From the sequence record SRR31156797_1719: a DNA stretch of 57,020 nucleotides. One strand, written 5' to 3'. Below, piece after piece: positions 26,149 to 36,927 of this stretch (its first letter is position 1; every line of letters begins with the position of its first letter). Position numbers and translations under genes: made by a program. Under the pieces are notes generated by a model that did not search any database, had not been told where the DNA came from, and worked only from the letters and a program-made list of their open reading frames with translations.

Positions 26149-27954
26149 TTAGATATAGTCTTCAGTCAATTCCATAAAGCTGGCAACATCTTTTAGGACC
26201 ATATCGATCCCTGCTTGCCAGAAGTCTGGTTTTGTTAAATCAACACCAAGGTGTTTTTGCGCCAGTTCTTCCGTCGTCATTGAAGCAGTATCTTGCAATA
26301 AAGCAATGTACTCTTCTTCAAAGCTAGACCCTTTTTCATTGGCATACGCATAGATCCCCATGCTAAAGAGGTAACCAAAGGTGTAAGGGAAGTTGTAGAA
26401 TGGCACATCATCAATAAAGAAGTGCAATTTGGCTGCCCAGAAATGTGGATGATAAGTTGCTAACCCATCCGCATAGCTTTCTTTTTGCGCCGCTGTCATC
26501 ATTTCCGTGATTTGCTCCGCTGAAACTAAGCCGTTTTGACGGGCTTGGTAGAAGCTGTTTTCAAAAATAAAGCGTGCATGGATGTTCATGAACATCGCGA
26601 TCGCATTTTGCATTTTGGCATCCAATAGATTGATTTTTTCTTCCTTCGTTGTCGCTTCTTTGAGGGTTGCATCAGCAACGATCAATTCAGCAAAGGTACT
26701 TGCTGTTTCGGCAACGTTCATGGCATAGTTGCGGTTTAATTCTGGTAGCTCCCAAAGAACGCTGCTGTGAAACGCGTGACCTAACTCATGGGCAAGCGTC
26801 GCTACTTCGTTGACTGAATTGCTGTAGGTCATGAAAATACGTGACTCTTTGGTTTCTGGCAAGCTGGTGCAATAGCCGCCAGGACGTTTGCCAGGACGAT
26901 CTTCTGCTTCGATCCAGCTTTTTTCAAAAGCAACTTGGGCAAAGTCAGCCATTTTCGGACTGAACTTACGGAAGTTGGTCAAAATAAAGTCAGCTGCTTC
27001 ATCAAAGGTGTAGGTTCTTTCTTCCATGTCCCCAAGGATGATCGGCGCATCTTGATCTTGCCATTCCATTTTTTCTTTGCCGAAAAGCTGGGCTTTGCGG
27101 GTCAAGAAATCAACGATCGGCTGTTTGTTCTTTTGGATCGTGCCCCACATAGCATCCAATGTCGCTTTTTGCAGACGATTGTATTCTAATGGTTCTTTCA
27201 AGTAATCAGTGACCCCGTGAAGCTTGAAGGTAGAAAGGCGGAAGCCGTCTAAATGGTTCAAGGTATCTGCAAAGAGGTCTTCTTTTTCTGCCCAAGTCTT
27301 TTCCCAAGTGTCAAATAAACGTGCACGAACTTCTGGATCTGGATCACCCATCATTTTATTGAAGGCTTGACCAGCGGACAAGTTGATCGTCGTGCCGTCT
27401 TCTTGAAGGAAAGGAATTTCGATCGAGGCAACGATCGTATCGTAATGTTGGCTCCAAGCATTTAAGCCATCTAAATTTAACGTGTTGATGATGGTTTCTT
27501 CTGCTTCAGATAACAATTCTTTGCCGTCGCGACGAATCTCGCTTAGACGAAAAGCGATTGGTGCTAAGTTTTCCGCTGTAAGTAACGCAGTCCAATCATC
27601 CTCAGAAATTTCTGTCAATTTTTTCGAGAAAACGGTTTGTGCTGCTTGCAATGCTGGCAGTTTTGCGTAGAGGTCGCCTGTCAGGATTTTGGCTTTGCTG
27701 TCGTTGACATTCGCTGAAAGCAAGGCATTGATAAAGCTGCCACATTGTGAAAATCCCTGATTGATTGTGCCAGAAAGTTCGATTAATTCCTCTAATTTTG
27801 TCGCATTGTCTGTAGCGTTTGGTGCCCAAGCGTCAACTTTTTCACGGTAAGTTTTGATTTCTTCTTCCAGCTGGCTCATGCGTTCTTTTAATTGAACAGA
27901 ATCACTGCCTCCTGGAAAAATTGTTTCTAGATCCCAATTGATTGAATAGGTCAT
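26149..27954 (-). CDS. pepF: M3B oligoendopeptidase (PepF family)
   Basis: WDLETIF N-terminus, KRPGGYC, LAHELGHAFH, AETAS, FYNFPYTFG. Confidence 0.9.
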   Translation of the reverse strand: MTYSINWDLETIFPGGSDSVQLKERMSQLEEEIKTYREKVDAWAPNATDNATKLEELIELSGTINQGFSQCGSFINALLSANVNDSKAKILTGDLYAKLPALQAAQTVFSKKLTEISEDDWTALLTAENLAPIAFRLSEIRRDGKELLSEAEETIINTLNLDGLNAWSQHYDTIVASIEIPFLQEDGTTINLSAGQAFNKMMGDPDPEVRARLFDTWEKTWAEKEDLFADTLNHLDGFRLSTFKLHGVTDYLKEPLEYNRLQKATLDAMWGTIQKNKQPIVDFLTRKAQLFGKEKMEWQDQDAPIILGDMEERTYTFDEAADFILTNFRKFSPKMADFAQVAFEKSWIEAEDRPGKRPGGYCTSLPETKESRIFMTYSNSVNEVATLAHELGHAFHSSVLWELPELNRNYAMNVAETASTFAELIVADATLKEATTKEEKINLLDAKMQNAIAMFMNIHARFIFENSFYQARQNGLVSAEQITEMMTAAQKESYADGLATYHPHFWAAKLHFFIDDVPFYNFPYTFGYLFSMGIYAYANEKGSSFEEEYIALLQDTASMTTEELAQKHLGVDLTKPDFWQAGIDMVLKDVASFMELTEDYI

Positions 27955-28173
27955 TCCTATCAAACCCCTTTCTTTTCCTACGATCTTATTAAGTATAGCA
28001 TAGCCACATTTAGTCGCAACCATCGGATTTTTTTAATCGAAAAAGGAAAGCTGTTGGTTGAAAAAGTTCTTTTCTTTCGTAAACTTTGCCTGCATTGGTC
28101 GGGGACGTCAAAATCAAAGAAAAGAACAAAATCGATCAAATTTTAATTCTCATCAAATTCTTATTTAAAAATT

Positions 28174-28307
28174 GCTGAATAAATATTACATAAAAAAAAA
28201 TAACAACGAGTAAAAAAACGCTCGCAAGAAGATATTCACTCTTTATTGCATAATGACAAATGCTTTGCATAATGAAGGCGAAATACGTCGCTTGGTAAGC
28301 GCATACA
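28174..28307 (+). promoter_or_regulatory. arc promoter region with ARG-box-like half sites and cre
   Basis: GCTGAATAAATATTACAT near 28174; TTGCATAATGA at 28246 and 28265; GGTAAGCGCATACA 28294-28307. Confidence 0.6.
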
Positions 28308-28354
28308 TTCTTGTACTATGTAGGCGTAATCAAAACAAAGGAGGATGTAAAGAA

Positions 28355-29578
28355 ATGTCAAATGCTATTCATGTTTTTTCAGAAATCGGCCGCTTGAAGC
28401 AAGTCATGCTCCATCGCCCTGGTCGAGAATTAGAAAACCTCGTGCCCGATCATTTAAATCGCTTGTTATTTGATGATATTCCCTTTTTGGAACAAGCAAG
28501 GGCTGAACATGATCAATTTGCCGATGTATTGCGTAATAATAATGTGGAGGTGTTGTATTTAGAAGATTTAGCAGCAGAAGCGTTAACTAGTCAAGAAATC
28601 AAAGAGCAGTTTATCAAGGAATATTTAGAAGAAACAACGTTACAAAGCCCAGAAATCATTGCTGAAATTACCGATTATTTCTTATCTTTTGAAGATAACC
28701 GTCAATTCATCGATAAAACGATGGCAGGTCTAGCGAAAAATGAATTGAAATTGCCCCATAGTCAAAGCCTAGCTGGTGCTGTGGATGACCAGTATCCGTT
28801 TTTGATCGATCCAATGCCGAATTTGTATTTCACTCGCGATCCGTTTGCGACGATCGGTAACGGGGTTTCCTTGAATCGCATGTATTCAGAAACAAGACGT
28901 CGTGAAACGTTGTATGGCAAATACATTTTTGCTCATCATCCAATGTTCCAACAACAGCCACCGCACTTGCTTTATGACCGTGATCAGCCAACACGAATTG
29001 AAGGTGGCGATGAATTGGTTCTGTCAAAACGAGTGTTAGCGATCGGGATCTCCCAACGAACAGATGCCACTTCCATTGAACAGTTGGCTCGTAATGTGTT
29101 CCAACATGAACCAAGTTTTGAGTACGTCTTAGCTTTTGATATTGGTCAAGAACGCAAATTCATGCATTTAGATACGGTATTTACAATGGTTGATTATGAC
29201 AAATTTACGATCCATCCAGAAATTGAAGGCGAACTGACCGTTTATTCAATCTCACGTGACGGGGATGGCGTAACCATCAAAGAAGAAAAAGATACGTTAG
29301 AAAACATTTTGTGCCGCTACTTAGAATTAGATGCAGTGGAATTGATTCGCTGTGGGGGGAACGATTTGGTCGCTGCAGCTCGGGAACAATGGAATGACGG
29401 TTCCAATACCTTGACGATCGCACCTGGTGAAGTCGTGGTCTATGACCGTAACACGATCACCAATCAAAAGTTAACTGAAGCCGGCATCAAATTGCATAAA
29501 ATCTCCGGCAGTGAATTGGTTCGCGGCCGTGGCGGCCCTCGCTGCATGAGCATGCCATTTATTAGAGAAGATATTTAA
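28355..29578 (+). CDS. arcA: Arginine deiminase
   Basis: [41 protein letters not shown] after GGAGG. Confidence 0.97.
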   Translation: MSNAIHVFSEIGRLKQVMLHRPGRELENLVPDHLNRLLFDDIPFLEQARAEHDQFADVLRNNNVEVLYLEDLAAEALTSQEIKEQFIKEYLEETTLQSPEIIAEITDYFLSFEDNRQFIDKTMAGLAKNELKLPHSQSLAGAVDDQYPFLIDPMPNLYFTRDPFATIGNGVSLNRMYSETRRRETLYGKYIFAHHPMFQQQPPHLLYDRDQPTRIEGGDELVLSKRVLAIGISQRTDATSIEQLARNVFQHEPSFEYVLAFDIGQERKFMHLDTVFTMVDYDKFTIHPEIEGELTVYSISRDGDGVTIKEEKDTLENILCRYLELDAVELIRCGGNDLVAAAREQWNDGSNTLTIAPGEVVVYDRNTITNQKLTEAGIKLHKISGSELVRGRGGPRCMSMPFIREDI

Positions 29579-29597
29579 TCTAGAGGAGGAATTACTA

Positions 29598-30617
29598 ATG
29601 AAACAAGTATTTAAAGGAAGAAGCTTCTTAGCAGAAAAAGATTTTACGAAAGCCGAGTTAGAATACCTTATTGATTTTTCCATCTATTTGAAACAGTTGA
29701 AAAAGCAAAATATTTCTCATCGCTATTTGGAAGGCAAGAACATCGCCCTCTTATTTGAAAAAACGTCGACTCGGACACGGGCGGCATTTACGACGGCTGC
29801 CATCGATCTTGGTGCCCATCCAGAATTTTTAGGTGCGAATGATATCCAGCTAGGCAAAAAAGAATCCGTTGAAGATACCGCCAGAGTTTTAGGCAGTATG
29901 TTTGATGGCATTGAGTTCCGCGGGTTCAGCCAACAAGTCGTTGAAGATTTAGCCAAATTCTCTGGCGTTCCTGTTTGGAATGGCTTGACCGATGAATGGC
30001 ATCCAACCCAAATGATCGCTGACTTCATGACGATCAAAGAAAACTTCGGTACATTAGAAAACATTACGTTAGTCTATGTGGGCGATGGCCGAAACAATAT
30101 GGCGAATAGTTTGTTAGTGACGGGGGCGATTTTAGGTGTCAATGTTCGCATCTGTGCACCAAAAGAACTTTTCCCAGCTGAAGAAGTGACAGACTATGCC
30201 AACAAATTTGCCAAAGAATCTGGCAGTCAGCTGATGGTAACAGACGATATTCAAAAAGGCGTCAAAGATGCCGATGTTCTGTATACCGATGTTTGGGTTT
30301 CAATGGGGGAAGAAGACCAGTTTGAAGAACGGGTGAAGCTGTTGAAAGATTACCAAATCAACCGCGAAATGGTGATGGCGACTGGAAAACAAGACGATGG
30401 CTTGATCGTGCTTCACTGCTTGCCAGCGTTCCATGATACGAATACGACGTATGGAAAAATGATCGAAGAAAAATTCGGCATTTCTGAAATGGAGATCACA
30501 GACGACATTTTCCGCAGTCAATGGGGCCGTCAATTTGAAGAGGCGGAAAACCGAATGCACTCGATCAAAGCAATCATGGCAGTAACCTTAGGCGATCTCT
30601 TTATTCCTAGAGTGTAA
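29598..30617 (+). CDS. arcB: Catabolic ornithine carbamoyltransferase
   Basis: [26 protein letters not shown]. Confidence 0.97.
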   Translation: MKQVFKGRSFLAEKDFTKAELEYLIDFSIYLKQLKKQNISHRYLEGKNIALLFEKTSTRTRAAFTTAAIDLGAHPEFLGANDIQLGKKESVEDTARVLGSMFDGIEFRGFSQQVVEDLAKFSGVPVWNGLTDEWHPTQMIADFMTIKENFGTLENITLVYVGDGRNNMANSLLVTGAILGVNVRICAPKELFPAEEVTDYANKFAKESGSQLMVTDDIQKGVKDADVLYTDVWVSMGEEDQFEERVKLLKDYQINREMVMATGKQDDGLIVLHCLPAFHDTNTTYGKMIEEKFGISEMEITDDIFRSQWGRQFEEAENRMHSIKAIMAVTLGDLFIPRV

Positions 30618-30634
30618 GAAGGAGCAGTGAGCAG

Positions 30635-31570
30635 ATGAGTGAAAAGAAACCAACGATCGTTGTCGCCCTTGGCGGCAACGCTATCCTAGCAGATGATGCC
30701 AGTGCCAAAGGGCAAAAAGAACGGCTTAAACAGACCGTCGAGTATTTAATTCCCCTGATCCAAAAAGACGTTTATTTGATCATTACCCATGGGAATGGGC
30801 CTCAAGTGGGAAATTTGGTTTTGCAGCAACAAGCCAGTGATTCTAGCAAAAACCCAGCGATGCCTTTAGATACCTGCGTGGCAATGACGCAAGGCAGTAT
30901 TGGCTATTGGTTACAAAATGAGCTGAGAATCCAGTTGAAAGAAGCCCAAATGGCTAAGCCGGTGGTGACAGTGGTGACGGAAATTACAGTCGATGCACAA
31001 GATCCAGCATTTGCCCATCCGACCAAACCGATCGGTCCTTTCTTAACGGAAACAGCTGCCAAAGAAGCCATGGCGGCAACAGATGCCATCTATCGTGAAG
31101 ATGCTGGTCGTGGTTGGCGGAAAGTCGTTGCCAGTCCAGCGCCACAAGCGATTCAAGAAGTTGCCAGCATCAAGGCGCTGATTGAACAAAACACGATCGT
31201 TATTTGCGCAGGCGGCGGGGGCATTCCCGTGTTAGATAATGGGCTGGGGGTTGAAGCCGTGATCGATAAAGATTTTGCTTCTGAAAAATTGGCTCGTTTA
31301 GTCGATGCGGATCAGCTGATCATTTTGACGGGCGTGGAAAAAATCGCTTTGAACTTTGGCAAGGAAAATGAGCAGTGGTTGGATCATGTGACCGCCGCTG
31401 AATTGGAAACCTATGTCGATGAAGGACATTTTTCACCGGGAAGCATGTTACCGAAAGTACAAGCAGCTTTGAATTTTGTCAAAATGGGCACAGAGAAACG
31501 GGCAGTGATTACTTCCTTAGATAAGCTGGCAGAAATTGAAGACGCTGGTACACAGATCACCTGGAAATAA
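30635..31570 (+). CDS. arcC: Carbamate kinase
   Basis: [29 protein letters not shown]. Confidence 0.97.
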   Translation: MSEKKPTIVVALGGNAILADDASAKGQKERLKQTVEYLIPLIQKDVYLIITHGNGPQVGNLVLQQQASDSSKNPAMPLDTCVAMTQGSIGYWLQNELRIQLKEAQMAKPVVTVVTEITVDAQDPAFAHPTKPIGPFLTETAAKEAMAATDAIYREDAGRGWRKVVASPAPQAIQEVASIKALIEQNTIVICAGGGGIPVLDNGLGVEAVIDKDFASEKLARLVDADQLIILTGVEKIALNFGKENEQWLDHVTAAELETYVDEGHFSPGSMLPKVQAALNFVKMGTEKRAVITSLDKLAEIEDAGTQITWK

Positions 31571-31611
31571 GCGAAGTAGCAAAGCAAGTCCAAAACATTG
31601 GAGTGAGAGAA

Positions 31612-32301
31612 ATGATCGACTACCAAATAAAAGATCCATCAACAAGAGCGAATAGCTTTCAATGGCTGGAAGAAGAAAATCAACAGCGATTGAAGGAGCA
31701 TATTTACTGCCGTACGTACAAAAAAGGCCAAGTGCTTTTTTATGAAGGCGACGTAAGAGATCGGATATTCCATGTGATCGAAGGTCTCGTACGGATCGAA
31801 AAAACCGACGGAACTGATTCCTATTGTTATGTAGATTTTGTTGGGCCTGATCAGTTATTTCCTTTGATTGGCTTGTTTGAAAGAGACAACTATGATGTAT
31901 CGGCATTCGCTGCAACAGACATTGTCGTGCAGTTTGCAGCGATGTCGCTGTTTGAACCGCTGGTTGTTTCATCTACAAGTCAGTTGCTGTGGCTGAATCA
32001 GCAAATGAGCCAGCAGTTGGAGAAGCAAAGACGCCGAGTGGAGTACTGTGTCACCTCTAGCGCGCAGACAAGAGTCGTCAATACGATCGGTCTCTTGATG
32101 ATCGAGCACGGACAGTCACAAGGAGAGCAGATTCGCATTCCTTTTCCAGTTTTTATCAATGATATCGCTAAATACAGTGGAACGACACGAGAGACGGTCA
32201 GTCAAACCATCAAGGCGCTCGTGCACAAAAGAAAGATTTATTATCGTTACAAAGAACTCATTATTTATGACAAAGATTATTTTTCCCATGTTGCGAATTG
32301 A
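31612..32301 (+). CDS. arcR: Crp/Fnr-family regulator ArcR
   Basis: cNMP-like domain; GTTRETVS recognition helix; position in arc operon. Confidence 0.87.
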   Translation: MIDYQIKDPSTRANSFQWLEEENQQRLKEHIYCRTYKKGQVLFYEGDVRDRIFHVIEGLVRIEKTDGTDSYCYVDFVGPDQLFPLIGLFERDNYDVSAFAATDIVVQFAAMSLFEPLVVSSTSQLLWLNQQMSQQLEKQRRRVEYCVTSSAQTRVVNTIGLLMIEHGQSQGEQIRIPFPVFINDIAKYSGTTRETVSQTIKALVHKRKIYYRYKELIIYDKDYFSHVAN

Positions 32302-32364
32302 CCACAGACAGACTAGCTGTTGGCAATTTGCACCTAAGATTGATTCAATAGAGGAGGAACGAAG

Positions 32365-33816
32365 ATGAAAAAAAAGCAAAAAGAAAAAAAGTCGCTGACA
32401 TCGTTCAGTATCTTATTTCTGATCATTATTGCGTTGACGGTCGCTTCTTGGCTACTAGCCGGTCAGCCCTTTGCACCTTCATTACCAGCAGGCCAAGAAG
32501 AGATGGTCAGCCAAGTCGTCGGTGCCAAGTTTTCTGATTTCTTTATGGCGCCTTTTAACGGATTTCGTGATGCGATCGAGATCTGTGTGTTTATTCTTTG
32601 TTTGGGTGGCTTTTTGAATATTGTCACACGAACAGGCGCTTTAGAAGCTGGTATTCAGCATTTGGTCAAAAAACTCAAAGGCAACGAGTTGATTTTGATC
32701 CCGATTTTGATGGTGTTGTTTTCAATTGGTGGCTCAACTTATGGAATGGCGGAAGAAACGATTCCGTTCTATTCCCTATTAGCAATCACAATGGTGGCAT
32801 CGGGCTTTGATACGATCGTCGCAGCAGGAACCGTCATGTTGGGGGCGGGTGCCGGTGTGATCGGCTCCACCGTTAACCCTTTCGCTACTGGGGTGGCAAT
32901 GGATGCCTTACGAAGCATTGATATTGCTCCGAATAATGGCACGATCCTAGTAGTTGGCGCATTGCTTTGGTTAGTCACGACCGCGTATTGTATCTTTGTG
33001 GTGATGTCTTATGCCAAAAAAGTCAAAGCCGACAAAGGCTCCACGATCTTATCGCTGCAAGAGCAAAAAGAAATGGAAGAGCATTTTGTCAAAGACACGA
33101 ACGAAGCCTTGGCGTTTACGCAAAAGCATCGCCTGATTTTGACGATTTTTGGCTTATCCTTTGTGATCATGGTGGTTTCCTTGATTCCTTGGGGCGACTT
33201 TGATATCCATGTATTTGACGGTTGGACCGCCTTTTTGACGGGGAATAGCTTCGGTGAATGGTATTTTGGTGATTTGGCTATGTGGTTCTTCTACATCAGT
33301 ATCATCATTGCATTGATTCAAGGATTCTCAGAAAAAGAAATCGTGACCAACTTTATCGATGGGGTCAAAGACATTTTATCCGTTGTCTTGATCATCGTTG
33401 TGGCACGGGGTGCTTCCTACATTATGCAAACGACGTACTTGGATCTGTTTATTTTGGATCGGGCTTCCCATCTTTTAGAAGGGTTATCACCTGTCCTGTT
33501 CGTAATTGGTGCCTATATTTTGTATCTGCTCTTATCGTTCTTGATTCCATCGACTTCAGGACTAGCATATGTATCGATCCCTATCATGGGTGCCTTGGCG
33601 CAAAGCATCGGACTCAATCCGAACGTCATGGTTATGATCTTTACTGCTGGTTGCGGATTAGTGAATTTGATCACACCAACTTCTGGCGTCGTGATGGGCG
33701 GATTGGAGCTGGCGCGGGTCAACTATTCTACTTGGACTCGCTTTATGCGCAAACCGTTACTGGTTATCGGAATTTCCAATCTTGCCATTTTAATCTTCTC
33801 GATGTTGTTCTTGTAA
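32365..33816 (+). CDS. arcD: Arginine/ornithine antiporter (YfcC family)
   Basis: GGSTYGMAEETIPFY, STVNPFATG, PTSGVVMG; arc operon context. Confidence 0.85.
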   Translation: MKKKQKEKKSLTSFSILFLIIIALTVASWLLAGQPFAPSLPAGQEEMVSQVVGAKFSDFFMAPFNGFRDAIEICVFILCLGGFLNIVTRTGALEAGIQHLVKKLKGNELILIPILMVLFSIGGSTYGMAEETIPFYSLLAITMVASGFDTIVAAGTVMLGAGAGVIGSTVNPFATGVAMDALRSIDIAPNNGTILVVGALLWLVTTAYCIFVVMSYAKKVKADKGSTILSLQEQKEMEEHFVKDTNEALAFTQKHRLILTIFGLSFVIMVVSLIPWGDFDIHVFDGWTAFLTGNSFGEWYFGDLAMWFFYISIIIALIQGFSEKEIVTNFIDGVKDILSVVLIIVVARGASYIMQTTYLDLFILDRASHLLEGLSPVLFVIGAYILYLLLSFLIPSTSGLAYVSIPIMGALAQSIGLNPNVMVMIFTAGCGLVNLITPTSGVVMGGLELARVNYSTWTRFMRKPLLVIGISNLAILIFSMLFL

Positions 33817-33893
33817 GCTGCGTTTCAAGAAGTGAACGAGACGGATCAACTATTTCAGTAAGCGAGGCGACTTGAGAGGAGCGGATCAAGTAA

Positions 33894-34400
33894 ATGAAAA
33901 AAAAAGAGCGACAAGCAATTATCAAAAAACTTTTTGTCCTACATCGGATTGAGTCTCAAGAAGAATTGATGAATTTATTAAAAAAAGAAAATGTTTCAGC
34001 TACCCAAGCCACGATTTCTAGAGACATGCGGGAAATGAACATCGCTAAAACGTATGCCAAAAATGGCCGACCGTATTATTCGATCTTTGAATCCAAAGAG
34101 CAGGATCTAGAAGACAGAATTGCGTTTTCGATGTATGAGTATCTAAAAAAGATTACGCAGATTGACTTTTTAGTTGTCGTTCATACGGCTGAAAATGGCG
34201 CCGATGTGATCGCCAATTATCTTGATGAAATGGAGCTGCCAGAAATTGTCGGCACCATTGCAGGGTTTGATATTTTATTGATCATCACGCCGTCACAAGA
34301 AGCGGCAGCAGAGGTCGTCGAGCGGTTGAATCATTATGTAGAAGGCTACGAGATGGGTTCGTCATTATTTACTGGAGAAAAAAACGCAAAACAGCCCTGA
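33894..34400 (+). CDS. argR: Arginine repressor family regulator
   Basis: KKERQ, SQEEL, ATQATISRD, IVGTIAGFD. Confidence 0.9.
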   Translation: MKKKERQAIIKKLFVLHRIESQEELMNLLKKENVSATQATISRDMREMNIAKTYAKNGRPYYSIFESKEQDLEDRIAFSMYEYLKKITQIDFLVVVHTAENGADVIANYLDEMELPEIVGTIAGFDILLIITPSQEAAAEVVERLNHYVEGYEMGSSLFTGEKNAKQP

Positions 34401-34487
34401 GAATCGTTGAAGAAGCTGAACGTCACAAGCCCAAAGATCTCACAACCAAACGGGTGACGGCTTTTCATACCGATGGCTATTTTTAAA

Positions 34488-34528
34488 AAGAAAGAGTGCT
34501 TCTAATCTTGACGGAAGCACTCTTTTTG
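34488..34528 (+). terminator. Intrinsic terminator
   Basis: AAAGAGTGCTTC...GAAGCACTCTTT plus T-run. Confidence 0.75.
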
Positions 34529-34614
34529 TGTGTGCAATGTCTCCACGGTTTGCTGGAAAAACAGTTGCATCACCAAATGAAAATGGTAAGATAGGAAAAT
34601 GAGGAGTGAAAACT

Positions 34615-35130
34615 ATGAAAAAATTACTGAAAGAACCGAATTTTTACTTTTGTATCGCAATTGCGGTAATGGTCATCCTCTTTATCAGTTCTTCACAAAC
34701 CTATGAGCAGCAATCTCAAATCGGGTTGCTTTCACGTATCTTAAAAAACGAACCATTGAAAGATTGGTTGGAGACGATCTCTTTTTCCTATGCTGGTTCG
34801 GAGATCAGTATTGCGGAAAAAGGCTATTTCTCATTTGTGGAATTTTTCATTCGCAAAGGCGCGCATTTCTTCACTTATTTTGTCTTAGGGGGCAGTTTGT
34901 TCTTCGTTCTCGTTTATCGCCGTACGCCCTATTGGCTAGCCGCTTTTTTTGCTTGGTTGGCAGCCACCGGCTACGCTGGGATCGATGAATACCATCAAAT
35001 GCTGACGGGAGGACGGACGCCGCTTTTTCAAGATGTCATGCTGGATTCAGCTGGAGCACTGACCGCCGTTCTTTTAGGGTGGTTGATTTGTCAGCTGTCG
35101 AAAAAGTCACCTAAACGCCGCAAAACATAA
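34615..35130 (+). CDS. VanZ-family membrane protein
   Basis: IRKGAHF..Y, DEYHQ, GRTP...DV.LD..G. Confidence 0.85.
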   Translation: MKKLLKEPNFYFCIAIAVMVILFISSSQTYEQQSQIGLLSRILKNEPLKDWLETISFSYAGSEISIAEKGYFSFVEFFIRKGAHFFTYFVLGGSLFFVLVYRRTPYWLAAFFAWLAATGYAGIDEYHQMLTGGRTPLFQDVMLDSAGALTAVLLGWLICQLSKKSPKRRKT

Positions 35131-35193
35131 CGAGTTGTCGGCGTTTTTTAAGCAGTAAGCTGTCAGAAAGTATAAAAACAAGAGGCGAAACCA

Positions 35194-35889
35194 ATGGAAA
35201 AAAGTTTGAGCAGTGTCAAAAGCAAATCGGAGTTTGTCGTGCATGAAAGTTTACCGGTGGGGATTCTTCTTGCTATGGCGGGCGGTTTTTTAGATGCGTA
35301 TACCTACTTGTTTCACGGGGAAGTGTTTGCAAGTATGCAGTCGGGGAATGTCATTTTGTTAGGGATCAATCTTTCAACGGGGCAGTTTGAACAAGCCTTT
35401 CGATATCTGCCACCAATCTTCATGTTTTTAGTGGGGATCGTAGTGACGAATTATCTGCAGCATCATTTTCCGACAGGGGGCTGGATCGTTTGGCAAAATG
35501 CCGCATTGATCTTTGAAGCAATCGGCATTTTGGTTCTGGGCTTTTTTGCTCGATCATTACCCAATGTCATGATCGATTCGGGGTTATCTTTTTTTGCAGC
35601 GATTCAATATGCCGCCTATCGTCGATTGGCAGGGATGCCCTATGCCACCACGATGACCACCGGCAACTTACGTTCACTGGCTGATTATGTGTACATGCGC
35701 TGGTTTAAAAAGGACCGATCAGTGACGCCCAAGATTATTTCTATTTCCTTGATCATCGGCGGCTTCTTTTTTGGTGCAGTCTTAAGCAGCTTGCTAGGGA
35801 TTTTCTTATTCCACCGCACTATCTGGGTGGTTTCAGGGATTTTAGCCTTGGTGTTGGGGATCACGATCCATCATCAAAATAAACAATAG
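35194..35889 (+). CDS. YoaK/DUF1275 membrane protein
   Basis: GGFLDAYTY, FASMQSGN, TTMTTGNL. Confidence 0.87.
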   Translation: MEKSLSSVKSKSEFVVHESLPVGILLAMAGGFLDAYTYLFHGEVFASMQSGNVILLGINLSTGQFEQAFRYLPPIFMFLVGIVVTNYLQHHFPTGGWIVWQNAALIFEAIGILVLGFFARSLPNVMIDSGLSFFAAIQYAAYRRLAGMPYATTMTTGNLRSLADYVYMRWFKKDRSVTPKIISISLIIGGFFFGAVLSSLLGIFLFHRTIWVVSGILALVLGITIHHQNKQ

Positions 35890-35922
35890 AAAAAAGACAT
35901 TCGCTGGAATGTCTTTTTTGTC

Positions 35923-36252
35923 TTACTTTTTGGTGCTTGTGCGTGAATCTTTGAGATACAGTGCCGTTTCTACGAGTAGCGCTGCTAGAAGATAGCTGCC
36001 AAAAACGGCTACTTGGTAAAAAGCCTCTGCGATCAGCTCGTTGCGCTGCAATAAAACGACCCCGCCTAGAAAGAGCATCGCTAACAAGGAGAACCACTGC
36101 TGGGCAAAACGCCAATTGCTGACACTGGCTGTACTGCGCTTGGTGCGAAAGCCGAATAGATAATTGGGTTCTTCTCGGTAAAAGCACCAGAAGACGATGA
36201 AAAAAATACCCGTAAAAATCAACAACAAAAGTCCAATATCGATCGAGATCAC
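35923..36252 (-). CDS. SdpI-family small membrane protein
   Basis: PNYLFGFRTKRS...NWRFAQ motif between TM helices. Confidence 0.65.
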   Translation of the reverse strand: MISIDIGLLLLIFTGIFFIVFWCFYREEPNYLFGFRTKRSTASVSNWRFAQQWFSLLAMLFLGGVVLLQRNELIAEAFYQVAVFGSYLLAALLVETALYLKDSRTSTKK

Positions 36253-36411
36253 TACCTTTCACGTGCGATTTGTTGGATAAGTAAGTGAAACCGCTAAAGA
36301 GGAGTACATACTTATTGTATCCGCTATGAACGCTTCTATGAAGGGGAACAATCGAAAAATACGTGCTTCTAGCAAAAAAACGGATGGCGATTTGCAGCGC
36401 CATCCGTTTTT

Positions 36412-36888
36412 TTATCCCCGTTGAAAAGGGCCTTTTGGTGCAATCAATTCAAGATTGGTGCCGTCTGGATCTGTAAAGTAGGCGACGCCTGTCCCAAAGC
36501 CGCTTTTCAAACCGTCTTGTGCTTCAAAAACGATGGGGGTGCCGTCAGGCTCAACGCCAATGGCTTTTAGACGAGCAACGGCTTCATCGATATTTTCGAC
36601 TTCAAAACAAAGATGCATCGCGCTGATTTGCTCATTGGAATAGCTAGCTTTGTTGGATCTTGGTTCGACGTATTCTAAAAGATCGATGTTGAGATTGTCT
36701 AAATGAAGATTGGCATATTTGATCAGTGTATCTGCTAATCCTTGCGTTTGCGCCATGCGTTTGCCGCCGATCGTATCTTGATTGGCGATTTTTTTTCCCG
36801 TTAATGCTTCATAAAATTGGATGGAACGTTCGAGATTGCTGACGGTGATTCCCACGTGGTTGACCATTGAAAAGCCTGTGTTTGTCAT
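36412..36888 (-). CDS. VOC/glyoxalase-family protein
   Basis: NHVGITVSNLERSIQFY, HLCFEV, YFTDPDGTNLELI. Confidence 0.9.
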   Translation of the reverse strand: MTNTGFSMVNHVGITVSNLERSIQFYEALTGKKIANQDTIGGKRMAQTQGLADTLIKYANLHLDNLNIDLLEYVEPRSNKASYSNEQISAMHLCFEVENIDEAVARLKAIGVEPDGTPIVFEAQDGLKSGFGTGVAYFTDPDGTNLELIAPKGPFQRG

Positions 36889-36927
36889 TATACTTCCTCC
36901 TAAGGTTTTGTTTAGTATATCGTTTGG

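Noticed and set aside
34615-35130. Glycopeptide-resistance (van) cluster
   Set aside because: Stand-alone VanZ-family gene; no ligase, vanRS or vanXY in the window
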